DNA of 64,000 nucleotides from Octopus sinensis (Eukaryota): NCBI RefSeq assembly GCF_006345805.1, contig NC_043006.1, forward strand, positions 30,380,001 through 30,444,000. The letters run 5' to 3'. The notes under the pieces were generated by a model, which was not told the origin of the DNA, did no database searches, and saw only the letters and a list, made by a program, of their open reading frames with translations. Made by a program: the position numbers and the translations under genes. Every line of letters begins with the position of its first letter. The stretch's first letter is position 1. Shown here in pieces: positions 1-14,400 of this stretch.

Positions 1-867
1 TATCAGATGGAGAGAAACCTTCTGAGAATGTGGGCAGTTGATGTCAACACAAATGTTTGAGTCTCATAAATTGTTGGTTTCCCAGAGATCTGGTCAAAAA
101 ATTTGTCACTACCTTTCTTGATCATTCCCAAGGCACCTACAACAATAGGGATGGTTTTGTTTTTTAAGTGCCACATCTTAGACATTTCAATCTCAAGGTC
201 CTTAAATTTCGACAGTTTTTCAAATTCCTTTGCTGAGATGTTTGTGTCAGTAGGCACTGTCATATCAATTAACAGGCATATTTTTCGTTTTAGGTATTTG
301 ATGATGATGTTTGATCTGTTATCATTTATTTGCCTGTCTGTATATATTCCATAATCTCATAGGATGGTAAAATTCTGTCCCTCAGTGACTGACTCTGGAT
401 GGTATTCATACCAGTTCTTAGGGTACAAGATATCATAGTGATGGCATATTCTCCAGTGCAAGTGTTGACCAACTCAGTCATGCCTGGTTTTATATTCTGT
501 AGGGGCAAGGACTGAGTAACCAGCAACAATGTGGTCAATACTCTCAAGTTTATCATTGCAGAGTCTACACTTTGTGTCTACCTCATTGTGTGTGACATTA
601 GCTTGATAGTTCAGAATGAGGAGACTGATCTTGTACTTCTAGGATAATTCCTTCTGTTTCAGTATTCAAACCAAAACTCTGCAGCCACTGGTGGCTTCTT
701 CTTATATCTACATCACCTTCCTCAGCTTGTTTGGTGTATTACCCATGCAATGGCTTTTCTTGCCACAGTCTTCATATTTACTTCAAGCTTTCCTGTTTGG
801 CTTTTGCTGCTCTAGTGGGAGGTGTGTCCTCCTTATCATCATAATCACAAAGGTCCAGCTCTTGTAT
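1..867 (-). mobile_element. R4/Dong-like non-LTR retrotransposon fragment (degenerate zinc-finger/RLE C-terminus), copy 1
   Basis: Degenerate W.EKPLHG, ETEGIILEVQDQ; MWHLKNKTIPIVVGALG...TAHILRRFL; the 3' end runs out of the window. Confidence 0.75.
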
Positions 868-1127
868 TATTATTATTATTCAGTTGTTTTATTTTTATAG
901 CGTGCTTTCACTTCACTACCGAGCGCAGCTCTGTGTGCCTTGAGTATGTGCTGTAATTTGTTGTGATGCTCTGATGGTTACTGTATTGAAAGTGTTCTGT
1001 GAAGGATGTGTGCAGTGCCTAGTAGTGCAATTTTCTGTATGTTATGTATTTGTCTGAATATTTTTTTATCATGCCTAATGCACCTACTATGATAGGAATT
1101 GTTTCTGTTTTTAGATTGCACATTCTA

Positions 1128-1128
<1 letters not shown>
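868..1128 (-). mobile_element. R4/Dong-like 3' fragment with (TAA)n tail, copy 2
   Basis: IPIIVGALGMIKK...GTAHIL remnant plus 3' UTR; (TAT)n at about 868-890. Confidence 0.7.
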
Positions 1129-1158
<30 letters not shown>

Positions 1159-1635
1159 GATGTCACACAGTATACAATATCGTGAGGTTGTTGATTGAAG
1201 ATATTATGTCTACCGGAGGTTTGTACTGTTTGTAAAGTCACAACAAGGACCTCAGACAGACAGTACTTTACGCAATATGTGTGCAGTTCCAAGTAATGCT
1301 GACTTTTGCAATACACCTAGTTTGTAGAGTATTTCTAAAGTTTTCAGATGTTTTTTCAGCTTGGGTGGTATTGAACCCAATGCTCCAATGGCAATAGGGA
1401 TAAACTTTAAAGTTAGACTCTTGTAGCTGCCACATCTTAGCAATCTCGATTCTCAGGTCTCCATATTTATCAACATTTTCTTTCATGACGATCTGTTGAT
1501 CTCCTCGCACTGCTACACCGATTATTAGGTGCTCTTGTTTGTCCCTCCTAAAGGTTATTATATCCGACCTTTGGTGCTCTAATACCCTGTTTGTCTGGAA
1601 GTCAAAGTCTCAAAGGAATTTTGCCTTCCCCACTT
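1129..1635 (-). mobile_element. R4/Dong-like 3' fragment with (TAA)n tail, copy 3
   Basis: DFDFQT...KYGDLRIEIAKMW / IPIAIGALG...GTAHILRKVL; about 10 TAT units at 1129-1158. Confidence 0.75.
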
Positions 1636-1939
1636 TCATCCATTACCTTTTCTAGTATTATTGTTGTTGTTGTTGTTATTTAAATTAGTGTATTTATTCA
1701 TCATCAGGATGAATTGCACCTTACACTTTCACCTCTTACTCCCCCTCCCTATTACCGTCTGCCCATCTACCAACGTCTACTTCGAAACATGTCACATAAC
1801 TTCTGAATAAATGCTTTCAACTCAAATAAACTTTTCAATGTCTTCTGGATCCACAAAGAAACTTTTAATAAGCCTGGATTTTTATGTTAATCTGATTTTC
1901 CTAATGGATTGCAATATTTCCTTGTTTCAATCTTTGCAG

Positions 1940-2034
1940 GATGTGGATGCTATTGCTGTTACAGTTAAACCCGGACTCTCACTGTCACTGGCTGTTGGGC
2001 TGCAGTATGCTAAAGAATTGGCAAAAGAATATCG
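1940..2034 (+). CDS. OSGEPL1: OSGEPL1 exon (DVDAIAVTVKPGLSLSLAVGLQYAKELAKEY)
   Basis: tttgcag| acceptor, |gtatga donor, 95 nt. Confidence 0.92.
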
Positions 2035-3605
2035 GTATGATAATATACTAAATTATTATTATTATGTCAGGAGCAGAACCGGTTGAGTAACAGAAAAAAA
2101 AAATGTCAAAATATATAATGTAGTATTTGGGCTAGTCACAGTTCTCCTTTAACAACAGCTGGGTCTGTCAGGTAAACACAAAAGCTTTGTGTGACAGAAG
2201 ATAGAGAGAGGCATAAGAGGAGAAAGTGTAAAGTGGTTGTCCTGAATTTACTGGATTTACCAGTTTACACACAATGTGTAATATAATAAGAACCTTTTCT
2301 GCTTTAGGTACAAAGCCTGAAAATTTCAGTGGGGAGTGAGTTGATTACATTGACCTCCAAAAGGATGAAAGCAAAGTCAACCTTGGCAGAATTTGAACTC
2401 AGAATGTAAAGACAAAGCCCTGACACAATAGCAGGCAGTGGCTCTCATGGCTTCTGATCTTAACTGATTTGAACTGTTAACATGTACATGTTTTGTTACA
2501 GTAATGGTTTATACGACTCTTGTTACCCATTTAGGGTTACATGAATTTGGCTGATAAAAAAAACTAAGTCTCTTTGATGTTTGAATATGATACAGTAACA
2601 AGTATGTATATCATCATCATCATCGTTATTTTTCCGTGTCTGATTGTCTATGTTGACATGTGGTGGTCAGGTCAGGCACAGTCCACATCATCTTTCATAC
2701 ACAGCAACTGACACAATTGGCCAACTTTTGCTGTTGTGGACTCGTGTGCCTTTTTTCCTATCACCAGTAACAGAGTGATTGTCCCACATGAGGAAAGCCA
2801 AAGGATTCCTTCTACTCTGTATTGGTTCTTGTTTGGCATTACTGTTCTCCAAGACAAGAAACCTATAAATGTCTTAACTTAGTAACCAAATACACTATTA
2901 AAATTTGTAGAGGAATAGGAATGACATAATGTAACATATCAGAAACTGAAACTTGGTTATACTAATCCCTGGAATACATTTTTCATTTTTTTTCTTCTTT
3001 CGGTGTGAATTTGTTAACTATTTACCTATACAAATACTAACAGCCTTGTTTTCACTTTTGGCTAATAACACCGTCATCCTCATTTACCGGCCACTTTTCC
3101 ATGCTTGCATGAGTTGGATGGAATTTGTTGAGGCAGATTTTCTATAGTTGTATGTCCTTCCTGTCACCAACACTCATCCTTTTCCAAGCAAGATAATACT
3201 AGCCCGGGACCAGACATGTTTTTGCAGCAGATTGGAAATGAAAAGCACCAGGATGGTAACACTTAACAATTATCATGTGAAACCACAGGAGACAACAACA
3301 CATGCACACACACTCACACATTGCCAGTGCCGCCTGACTGGCCCCCATGCTGGTGGCACATAAAAAGCATCTTTTGAGCATGGCCAGTGCCAGTACTGCC
3401 TGACTGGCCCTTGTGCTGGTGATACATAAAAAGCATCCACTACACTCTCAGAGTGGTTGGTATTAGGAAGAGCATCTAGCTGTAGAAACATTGCCAGATC
3501 AGATTGGAGCCTGATGCAGCCTTCTGGCTCACCAGCCCTCAGTCAAACCATCCAACCCATACCGGCATGAAAGCGGACATTAAATAACGACGATGATGAT
3601 GATGT

Positions 3606-3639
<34 letters not shown>

Positions 3640-5430
3640 GACATGCTTGTTTCAGTTTTCCATCAACCAAATCCACTCATAAGGCTTTGGTCAATTCAGT
3701 TAAAAATACCCCATGTGCAGTGGAACTGAACCCAGAACCATGTGATTGCCAAGCAAACTTTTTACCAGACAACCATCTCTGTGCCGATGTAATACAGATC
3801 CAGTGTTGGAAAAATGGTGAAGAAACCAATTTTTTGTCAATGCCTTTCTTTACTGTAGAAGAGTCATGGAGTCATTCTTAGTGCAGTCAACCTACAAATA
3901 ATGTATGAATTTCTTGTTAGATTCTGGCTTCATCTTTCAGCTATTTTCTTTGGATTCTTCTCTCTCAATGTAAGGTATTTAGTGCCTCTCTCAAGATGCA
4001 ACATTTATTTTCCATCACTTCAATATAGCATTCCCCACCATCATCATCATCATCATCATCTCTCTACCCACTATTTATTTACTTTATTTATTTACTTTGC
4101 TGCCTGATTAGTGGAGCCTACATGTTTACATGTTCCACATGCAGACAAGAAGTAATGTTTATTGCCATTTAAACATGAATGTTCTGTTAGAACAAACTAT
4201 ACTGCTGTAGAAATCATGAGAGAATCTCTCATGCTGGCTTTTGGTGCTTGTTTGTATCACTAGACTGGAGATAAGTCCCTGCCATCTCCAGTGCCGAGAC
4301 CACTGGAGATCATGTGATTTCAACCTTCCTTGGTCTCATCAGTCTGTACAGGAAGACTAATCAATCACAACCATCTATGCCCATGATTGGAAAAAATGAA
4401 AAAAGAATCTGCAGCTCGGGAAACTTTAAATCCTAATTGTTTCCTATTTTAAAATAAGAGTTTGAAATCTAAATCATAATTTGTTCTTTATAATCCTATT
4501 AATTTGTTCTATCACATCTAATGTCTACTTTACTGACATTCCGTTAATTACAATGACAAATGTTCCTTTTGATTTGATCAATGGAACAATCTGCTCCTGA
4601 ATTTAACATAGTCCTCAGGGAGAGTCAACATGCCACAGAATGTGACAAGGCTGGCCCTTTGAATTACAGGAACACATTTTTACCAGCTGAATGAACTGAA
4701 GTAATGAGAAATAAATTGTCTTGCTCAAGGATTCAGTGTTTCACTAGAAATCAAACTCACAACCTTACAACCCTGGGTTGGATATCTTAACCATTCATCC
4801 ATGCACCTTCACAATGACTATTCCATGTAGAATACAACAGTTTTATTATTTATGGGATTTACAAATTAAAATATATATTTGTATATCTTACCACCTTCAG
4901 ATGTGTGTTTAATAATTTCTTCTCCCCGTTTTCTCACTCTTATTATTGATTTTCCTTCAGTAAACCCATTATACCAATTCACCATATGGAAGCACATGCC
5001 CTCACTGTCCGCATGAAGCAGCCGTAAGTCTGGTTTATTTAAATGGATGATGTTTCAGTCTTAAAGTTTTGCTTCAATTTTTCATGAGTGTGGCTTTGTA
5101 TTTTATCTGATTGCAAGTGTGTGCGTGTGTGTGTGTGTTATGGACTCTCCCATTTAACAATGGAAGAGGGTTCTGTAATTTCTTGCTGCTAAACTGCCAG
5201 ACGAGTGATTTGTTTCTCGTGATCAAATGTCTGTGCTGTACATTAGCTCACACCTGCCATCAAATCAATGATTACCTGTACAGGTGAATGAAAGTGTCAG
5301 ATGTTGAAATGATTTGCAGAGCATCATGAAATGATGTCCTCTTGATCAAGAACACAACTTGCCACCTGGTCCGGCAATCAAACCTATGATCTAGTGGTCA
5401 TGAGTGCAACACTGCCCTAACCACTTGACC

Positions 5431-5461
<31 letters not shown>

Positions 5462-8400
5462 TACAATCGTATATATAAATTTGTGTATGCATACATACAT
5501 ATACGTGTGTGTGTGTATACATACACAAATATATAAATGATTTTAAGTGAAATATATATATATATATAGTCCATTCTTCTGGGTGGTTGGTGTTAGGAAG
5601 GGCATCCAGCTGCCAAGACAGTCACAGAAGTCTGGTGCAGGCTCCTGCCTGACCGGCTCCTGTCAAACCATCCCACCTATGCCTGTCCCAATGAGCAGGA
5701 GGGCCAAGATGAGCTTCAGTGTTTGTCTTTCACATGATTTCTACACCTGGATACCCTTCCTAAAATCAACCACTCTACAGTGTGCTGGGTGCTTTTCATG
5801 TAACACTGGCCCCAGTGAGGTTACTGAATAACTTGCAAGGGAAGAAAAAGAAGGAAAAAGAAAAAGCCTTTTCAATTAAATAAGGGTTGAGTAGCATTTG
5901 AAAGAGGAGAGGGGCGATGATTTTATGCCCTGTGTTGAGAAGCTAGAGTGTGATGGGAGAACAAGCCCAGACGTATTGCTATAGAGCTTCAAGACTACCC
6001 CAAATTATATAAGGGTGGATGGGAGGAGCTGGAAAGAAGGCAGAACTGGTGGTGAGATGCTGGAGCATCTTAAGATAGAAAGTGAGAGTAAGAGAGGATG
6101 TAGAGAAGTGAGTAGGGGGTGGGTGGGTGTAGTTGGAAGAAGAAGAAGATGAAGAATGGTGCCTCTGCTCTCAAGTGCTGATGAGTTGATGACTGTTTTG
6201 TTAATATGTATGGTGTAACAATCCAAAACACAGTAGCTGTACTTTTGAGCTTGATGGAGGAATAATTGTGCTTAAAGATTCTTAATGATTCTTAAGTGTG
6301 TGTAAAAAAATGATAAACTTAATATTTTTGATTTTGTTTCTTAATGGCAACTCAATGAGTTTTATAAATAATAGAATTAAGAGCAAGGTTAATCCATCTG
6401 TTTCTTTAATAATCCACAGGAACATTTTTATCTTAATAATCCAAGCTAAGAAAACCATGATTAATTTTTGAGTACACTCACTGCTTGCTGCAATGAACTG
6501 TACTTTATCATAGAAATACAACTATAGACCCCTGCAGAATTAGAAAAGTCCAATGTCAGTAACTGGGGAACTCACTGCAACCCCTTTCCTTGGTAGAACA
6601 TTGTTATAATGACTCCAGACTCAACTGACTCTGGCTTATTATATTCATAAAATGTTGGCCATAGTTTTCTTCTTTTTTTTTCTTTTCCTTTCTTTTTCAA
6701 ATTTCTTGTTATATTTTCTTAAAATTTATACAATTTTTCATTACCTTCATATGTATAGGGTGAATTTCCCTTTCCTGGTGCTTTTAGCCAGTGGAGGCCA
6801 CTGCCTGCTTGCTGTTTCTAAGTCTGTGAATGAGTTTGCTTTGTTAGGCACCACCATGGACAATGCTCCCGGTGACGTTTTTGACAAAGTAAGGAACAAT
6901 TCATTATGCCTTTCTAACAAAAGAATGATATTTGTTTTTCTCTTATTTCATCACCTTCATCATCATCTTAATATCTATATTTTCATGTTGGTATAGAGAA
7001 GATAGATTTATAATCAAATATATTGATCATGTGTCATTTCAATAATGACACTCAGCATTCTCACACATGTGACATTGTTCTTCCTTAACCGATCTCCATC
7101 ACCAATTAAAGACATTTTCATTCCTCACCATACATCATCCATTTGCATCATTTGCTCATTGTCATGCCAACACCTTTTTTTCTGTAGATTGGTTAATGTC
7201 TTGCTCGTTTTCAGCTGATCCTCTCCAAATATTAAACTCATTCTCATCAACTTTGTTATATACTCTGCTTATATTTCAAGATACTCACATGGAACGTAAC
7301 CAAATGAGGTTTATTTTTCAACATAGTTCCCCTTCAAGTTCACACACTTCTTCCATTTGTGTTGCAATGCTTGGACCCTAAGCATTCTGTTGGTCAAAAA
7401 AATCATCAACAGTCAATATGACATCATCATCATTGCAATACTGCTTCCTAGTCGAGTGTTTTTTCATGTTGGGCAACAGATGATCATTAGATGAGGCTAA
7501 ATTAGGAGAATAGGGAAGAGGGGTGTTTCCACTGCATGGATTGTCTCTGTCTCAAAGTGATGAACCCAATGCTCATCCTGGGTTAGGAAGCATTCAAGGA
7601 AACCATCTGAATTTGCCTCAAACAATGTCAGATTTTTCCATGTGATCAGTCTGGTGCACTTTTAATCCGGTGTCAGATGTGGAACCTTTGTCTTATCAAG
7701 TTTGTTGTGGAGTATATTTTTGACTTTCTCATGGAACATGCTAATAGCATTGACTATTTGATTTATAGTCAATCGCCTGTCATCTATCACCATGTGGTAA
7801 ACACGATCAATGTTTCCCTCAGTGGTGCACAACATCCAGACCTTGAGTCATCTTCAAGACTCTATTCCCTTCCCCTCCTAAATTCAGCTGCCCACTTTTG
7901 CACTGTTAATGAAGCTGGTGTGTCCATCTCCTAATGTAGCAACCATATCAGCATGAATATTGATGGGCGCTAAGCTGTTTTTCTGCAAATACCTGATAAC
8001 ACCACAATGCCAAATTTTGTCTGTTTTCAAGAGAGGTTGCTACTAGTTACTTTTGAAGTCTTCTTTGAACAGTCAGGTATCAGTTTACCTGAAAAGAAAC
8101 ACTGCAGTTATTAAAAAGAAGAGTTGAAATTAATGCATTGCAAGATTTCACTTTTCCGTCCACTCTCGTATCTTCATGAGACCCAATAACTCAGATTTGA
8201 TTTCCTCATTTCTTACTTCATGTTTAGCCATTCTCTGCTGCTGTTTCATTTACTTGTTATTATCCATTTGTCTCCCTGTAGAGTCAACTTTCTAAGCACA
8301 CATTACTAAAGCTTTAATGCTATTTTCTCCAATTAGTCCATCTTAGCATAACAAAAGAAAATGGATCTAAAATAATGGAAAGCAAATTAATAATGTAAAT

Positions 8401-11400
8401 CTTGTTTTTATTTTCAGGTTGCTCGTTCATTAAAACTGAAAAACCTTCCACAGTGCTACGATTTGAGTGGAGGTGCATCAGTTGAACTTGTAGCTAAGAA
8501 TGGACAGCCCCATGCTTTTGAATTTCCTCAGGTCATGTTGCAGTCACCTGACTGCAACTTTTCATTTAGTGGATTTAATTCAATGGCACATCGATATATC
8601 AGTTTGGCTGAGAAAGATCAAAGTAAGTTCTCTCTCTCATAATTTTTGTCGCCTGTATCATCTTATTCTAGCTATTTCACCTTTTATACACTTCTTCCAT
8701 GGTTGATCTCTTCACTGCTGCTTCTCCAGAATTTGGTGCAACTTAATGAGTAAATTTTATTAGCATCATTATCGGCTGCTTGGGGAAAGATCTTTATTTG
8801 GTACAACTGTTATGGCAGGATTGTTCAATATTGAGTTCCTGATAGAACTGCTAACGTAGTCGATAAGTTGTGCCTTGGAGAAGGGCTTTTATGGAGGCGC
8901 AGTCTTTAGAATGAAACACTGAGGATACTATTTAATGTTTGGATTTGAGGAATATGAAGCATGGTGAGTAACAGAGAGTAGAGAAGAAGATGTCATTGGT
9001 TGGTGCCAGTGGAAGGTTAGGCTTAGTTACCATATCTGTTACAAATCCTATAGAAACTGCAGAGAAAGAACAGCAGGAAATTCCATTTCATCCTTTTCTG
9101 TAGATATTCATTATTAACGCATCTATAAAACTGAAGATCTCATATCATATACAACCATGTCACTCTTATAGTCTATATTCCATTATCATTTATCATTTGA
9201 TTTGCAAGGGCGGGGTTATATTCCAACCCATGTCAGCACGGAAGACAGATGTTAAATGATGAGTTGCTTAGGGTTTGATAGTTTTTCTTCCACTACAACA
9301 TCTCAACACTCGTCACGGTCTTTTGTTATCTCCTTTATTAGGTTCAGCCACTTGAAATCAGCTTTCATCACTTTTTCCTCTGTTTTCTTTAGTCTTCCTC
9401 TGAAGCAGTTTCCTTCCCCTTAAATTACTTCTTTTATTTACTGAGCTGTCATCCACCACATTCTCCTCGTGTCCATTCTAGCTTCTTTTGCTCTCAACTT
9501 TATCTCTATGCCACCATTTATATACACTCACATTACAAATCTTGTGATGTATGCTCAACTCATTTCTTTCCATCCTCTTCATTCAATGCCTGTGTTTTGC
9601 TGTCATGCAGTATTACACTTCATACCCAAGCATCATACAATCTGTCCTTCACTCAGAAAGGGAATCCCTTTGATGGCAGCAGAGTTGATAACTCCCTGAA
9701 CATTTTTTATGTTTTTTGTTTTATTCAAGCTTTCAAGGCACTTCCCTCCAATGCTTTATAAGTCAGCTAGGTAACAGAAGCCATCAAAGAGCCGTGGGAA
9801 TATTCAAGAAAATTGAAATCATGAATGTTCTTACTGCTGGCTATTCTTGAATGCAGTGGCTTGCTCTCTGCTGGAAACTTCTGTAGTTGTCCTTCTGCAG
9901 AAAGAGGGAATTGCTGGTATCCTCTTCTGGAATAATCCAAACTGCGTCTCATCTGTGCTAATTTTCTTCCTAATTATTTACTTTAATAACTTGATCCATC
10001 AGTTTCATGCCTCTGTTGCTGTTGTGCTTCAGGTTTTGGCGAAAAGCCTAATCCTATTACTGTTTACTACTACTACTACTCTCCTCCACCTCCCCTCCTT
10101 TCCTCTCCCCCCTCCTCCTCCTTCTCCTTATTCTTCTTCTTCTTCTTCTTCTTCTTCTTCTTCTTCTATTATCAGATATCAAAGGAGATGCTATTATATC
10201 CAATGCAGCCGATCTCTGTGCCTCATTCCAGTTGGGTGTCTTGAAACACTTAGCTAAAAGAGTCCAGCGAGCTCTGCTGTTTTCGGAAATTACTGGACTT
10301 CTAGGAAAAGAAAAAACATTGGTAAGAAATTTGATATGGTCTTATTTTGGTGAAGAATATTGAGATCTTGGTAACTTTAATACACCAGAACTTGCAACAT
10401 AATCAATAAGCTCTGCTTTGTATCCATGGTTATGACATTCAACGCTTTATCTCTCACTGTGCATGCAGCCATGTGCTGCCACCTGTTGGTGTGCTATAGA
10501 ACTTGTCCAGGAACTTTTTGACACCACCTTGTATAATGTTAGTGTAATTTTAGTGCTAGTGATAAATATAACTAAAACACATATTTGATTTCACTGTTGT
10601 ACAATTTCTGTCATTAGTAACTTTTGTATACTACAACATGTGTTTGTTATAACTAATTCATTGTTGTTACTTAAACTGTGACTGAGAAATATCTCTATCT
10701 CTATATATATAAACGGCAAAATGTCTGCGTGTGTGTCCTTTATACAAATCCACAATTTTTCAGTTAGAGGGCTCAAACTTTCTATGGTCATTCAAAACTG
10801 TCCAAGGGTGGTTGTGCACATCTTTACATTTCCCCAGTCACCCCGCAAAGCCATTAAAAAATCACTAGAAATGACTTTTTTGTGAATTTTCTATCCAAAA
10901 CCCAATCAAAATGCCCAAAACTTGATACGCCAATTGAATGCCAGCTAGCTGTATGTGATTGGTCGCAGATTTGGACTGTACTCGCGTGTATGTGCGCACG
11001 CACGCAGCTGTATATGCATGCACTAGCACTATGACCCGGCAACGCCGGGTCATAGTGCTAGTTTTTATTAAATGACAACTATTGAGGCTTATGTGTCTCT
11101 TCTACAGTTGGTGTAATACAACAATGAAGGAAGTTCAATTAACAGCTCATTGATTAGTTAATCTGTTGATTGGTGTTTTATTAACTCAACCAGATTCATG
11201 AAGGTCTCTGTTTTGTATTCTTGTTTCCAGTTTAAGTGTTTGTTATTATAGTTTTTTGTTGTTGTTTTTTAATCATTTACCAAGGTGATGGTGATTATGT
11301 TGAATTTTGAAACTTTTTTTAATGTTTTGTGTTTACCTTTCCATTAGGTTGTGTCCGGAGGAGTGGCCTGTAATCAATTCTTAATCAACAATTTACGAAA

Positions 11401-14400
11401 AGTCTGTGAAGAATATAATTGTTCTCTTTACTGTCCTCCTCCAAAACTTTGCACTGATAATGGTATTATGGTTGCTTGGTAAGTTACTCCACTCTATTAT
11501 GACAGTTAATGCCAAATTGTATTGTTACCACAAGAAATATGACAGATTCCAATTAAAGGTATTGAATATAAATTGTAAATTTTTCTATAAAACATCAACT
11601 CAGACCATTTATCTAAAAATATGCAGCAGGTTGCATAATCCAGAAAACACAAGAGGGAACCTTTATGTGGTTGCTCTACTTGCTAGAAATAGCAATGAAA
11701 TCTCTCTGAAATTCATTCTATCTTTAAAAAAAAGATGGACATATTGGGTAATATTGTGCTAGGTATATTATTTACTGAATTAAAACTGGAATGGTTCTGG
11801 CTTGGATGTTCTTTGATGACCAGTTGAATTAGACCTGGAACTAAATAACAACAGCATCTAATAGCTATTTTTATGCCAGGCAAATATAACATCTCTCTCT
11901 ATATAAACGGCAGTTTGTCTGTCTGTGTGTCTGTCAGGTTGTACCCTCACCCTGATCACGGCTTTCAACCGATTCTGATGAAACTTGACACACATATAGC
12001 CCAATATCATAATTCAAAACTAACGCAGCGAAAATTTTGAAAAGTTCCCCCAGTTCTGAAAAAATTCAATAAATTCGACATGGGGTCGAGAATCTAAGCT
12101 TTTTATATGCAACACATTTTCCGTTGTAGTTTTCGCAACTTGCAATCGATTTTCACCCAGCTCATGGTGAAGTTTAATGTTACCCTAAGAAACTTAATTC
12201 TGACGTTAGTTTTCCATGCAATACCTTACCATCAGAAAAAATCGATTTTGGGAAATCGCGTTCAAATTCAAGATGACATATTTTCGACAATATCTTTCAC
12301 AAATTGGCAGGAATTTTTTTTAAAATTCACTGCGAGCATCATGTCTGCTCCAAGGAGCTATATGGCCCTTTTTATTCCAATATGATACTTTATTACTGGA
12401 AAAAATCGGTTAATTAAATCATATGTGGCACACATAGCAAACCGATTTGTGTATTAAACACAAACCACAGACTGTCTAAGGGACGCAACTCGACCTTTTT
12501 AACTCTCGGAATACATGGGGTAAGTATCCCAAAATGTATAAAAATGTACAAAAACGGCAAAAAAGCGGGCAGCAATGTGAGTGACAACAACTAAAAAGTC
12601 AAAAGTGACCAAACTGAACAAACGAATGGAAAAGGTTTTTTGGTGCACATGACAAAAGCGGTTTATAATAAACCAAGAGTTTGCAAGTAGCGTCCGAGGA
12701 ACCTTAGGGTATGTCAAAAATTTAAGGTAAAACGTTTGGGGTGGTAGTTATAAAGAAAGTTTAAACAAAAAAAGTATTCGAATAACTTGCGGCTGCAGCA
12801 GCTATTAGCAGAAGTGGCGGTGTTGGGGTTAAAGTCTCGAATGTAATTTCTTCCTGGTAGCAATTGGTTGAGTTGAATTATCGATAGCTGTTTGATAGTT
12901 ATTTGAGAGTGAAGAGAAGACATTGCAACCTACACATGCGCCTTCGTTCCCTAGAGGGAAAGGACTAGATTGGGATTAGTCGTTGCCTACTAGGGGCTCT
13001 TACATACCCGGGCAATGCCGGGCTATGCTGCTAGTGTACACTAAAAACTTAAGTATTAAAAATTTATTTCTGTTTTCAAAAGATATATATATATATATAT
13101 AATTCAATTAAAGGCTATGTTTGCCCCATAAAGGGATGGTGTCATCCGAGGAAATACTGGTTCAATACCTAATATTTTGGGGGGAATTGATTTCCTTAAA
13201 ATAATAGGTGTGTATATAAACTGTAGTTTATATTCATATAAAGGAAGAAGAAAATGGAGATTTTGAAGTTAATAAGAGTTTATTATCAACAACAAATCGA
13301 TCATTATCCCCAACAGCTGTTTCAGTTATACACAGTGAAATTAATTAAATATTAAGTTCATGTTTCTGAGCATAACCTCTTCAGAGGTTAAAAAATATAT
13401 ACCCTTAGATGTTTTGTATGTCTGTTTGTAGATTCATCAGAGAGTCTGCTGTGAAAGAAATGAATCTAGTATGCTTCACTGAATGTGCAATGTCAGTGTG
13501 CATGTTTGACAGCAAAATTGGGCATAAGAACCATCAGATGTGGTGTGCAAGAGAGACAGCTGCACTGGTATGGTCATGTAATGCATATGGCTGAGGACAG
13601 CTGTGTGATGAAGTACCAATCTCTAACTGTGGAGGGAACCTGTGGAAGAAGTAGACCCAGGAAGACATGGGGTGTGGTGGTGAAGTATGATCTTCGAATG
13701 TTGCGGTGGAGATGATGACAAGTGATTGTGGCCTTTGGTGCTTTGCTGTGCTTGAGAAGACTCATCAGCCAAGTGAATTCATAGTGCTGGCCAGTGCTAA
13801 TGATCCGTAAAAACATCTGTGCCAGTAGTACATAAAAAGCACCTACTACACTCTTGGAGTGGTAGGCATTAGGAAGGGCATCCAGCTGTAGAAACCCAGC
13901 AAAATTCAGAATGGAACCTGGTACAGTTCCAGTCAAACCATCTAACCCATACCAGCATGGAAAGCAGATACTAAGTGATGATGATGATGATGATGATATA
14001 CAGGCAGCATTATGTGTTTGAGAAGATTCCTTTGCAACCAAATAATTCCAGGTTCAATCCTGCAGTGCAGCACTTTTGGTGACTGTTTTATACCATACCC
14101 TTATGTTGACCAATGCCATACAGGTGGAATTTGATTAATAGAAACTGCATGAAAGCTTAACATGTGTGTTTCATACCTATTTACAGTTATGTAAGCTGAG
14201 CCAAAGACAGTTAAATGACTTTTCAGTGACCCTATCAGTGTTGGCACCATGTAAAAAGCACCCACTACACTCTGTAAAGTGGTTGGTATTAGGAAGGATA
14301 TCCAGCTGTAGAAACCATGCCAAAACAGACAGTTGGAGCCAGGTGTAGCTCCTGGCCTTGTCTGTTCCTACCAAGCCGTCCAACCCATGCCGGCATGGAA

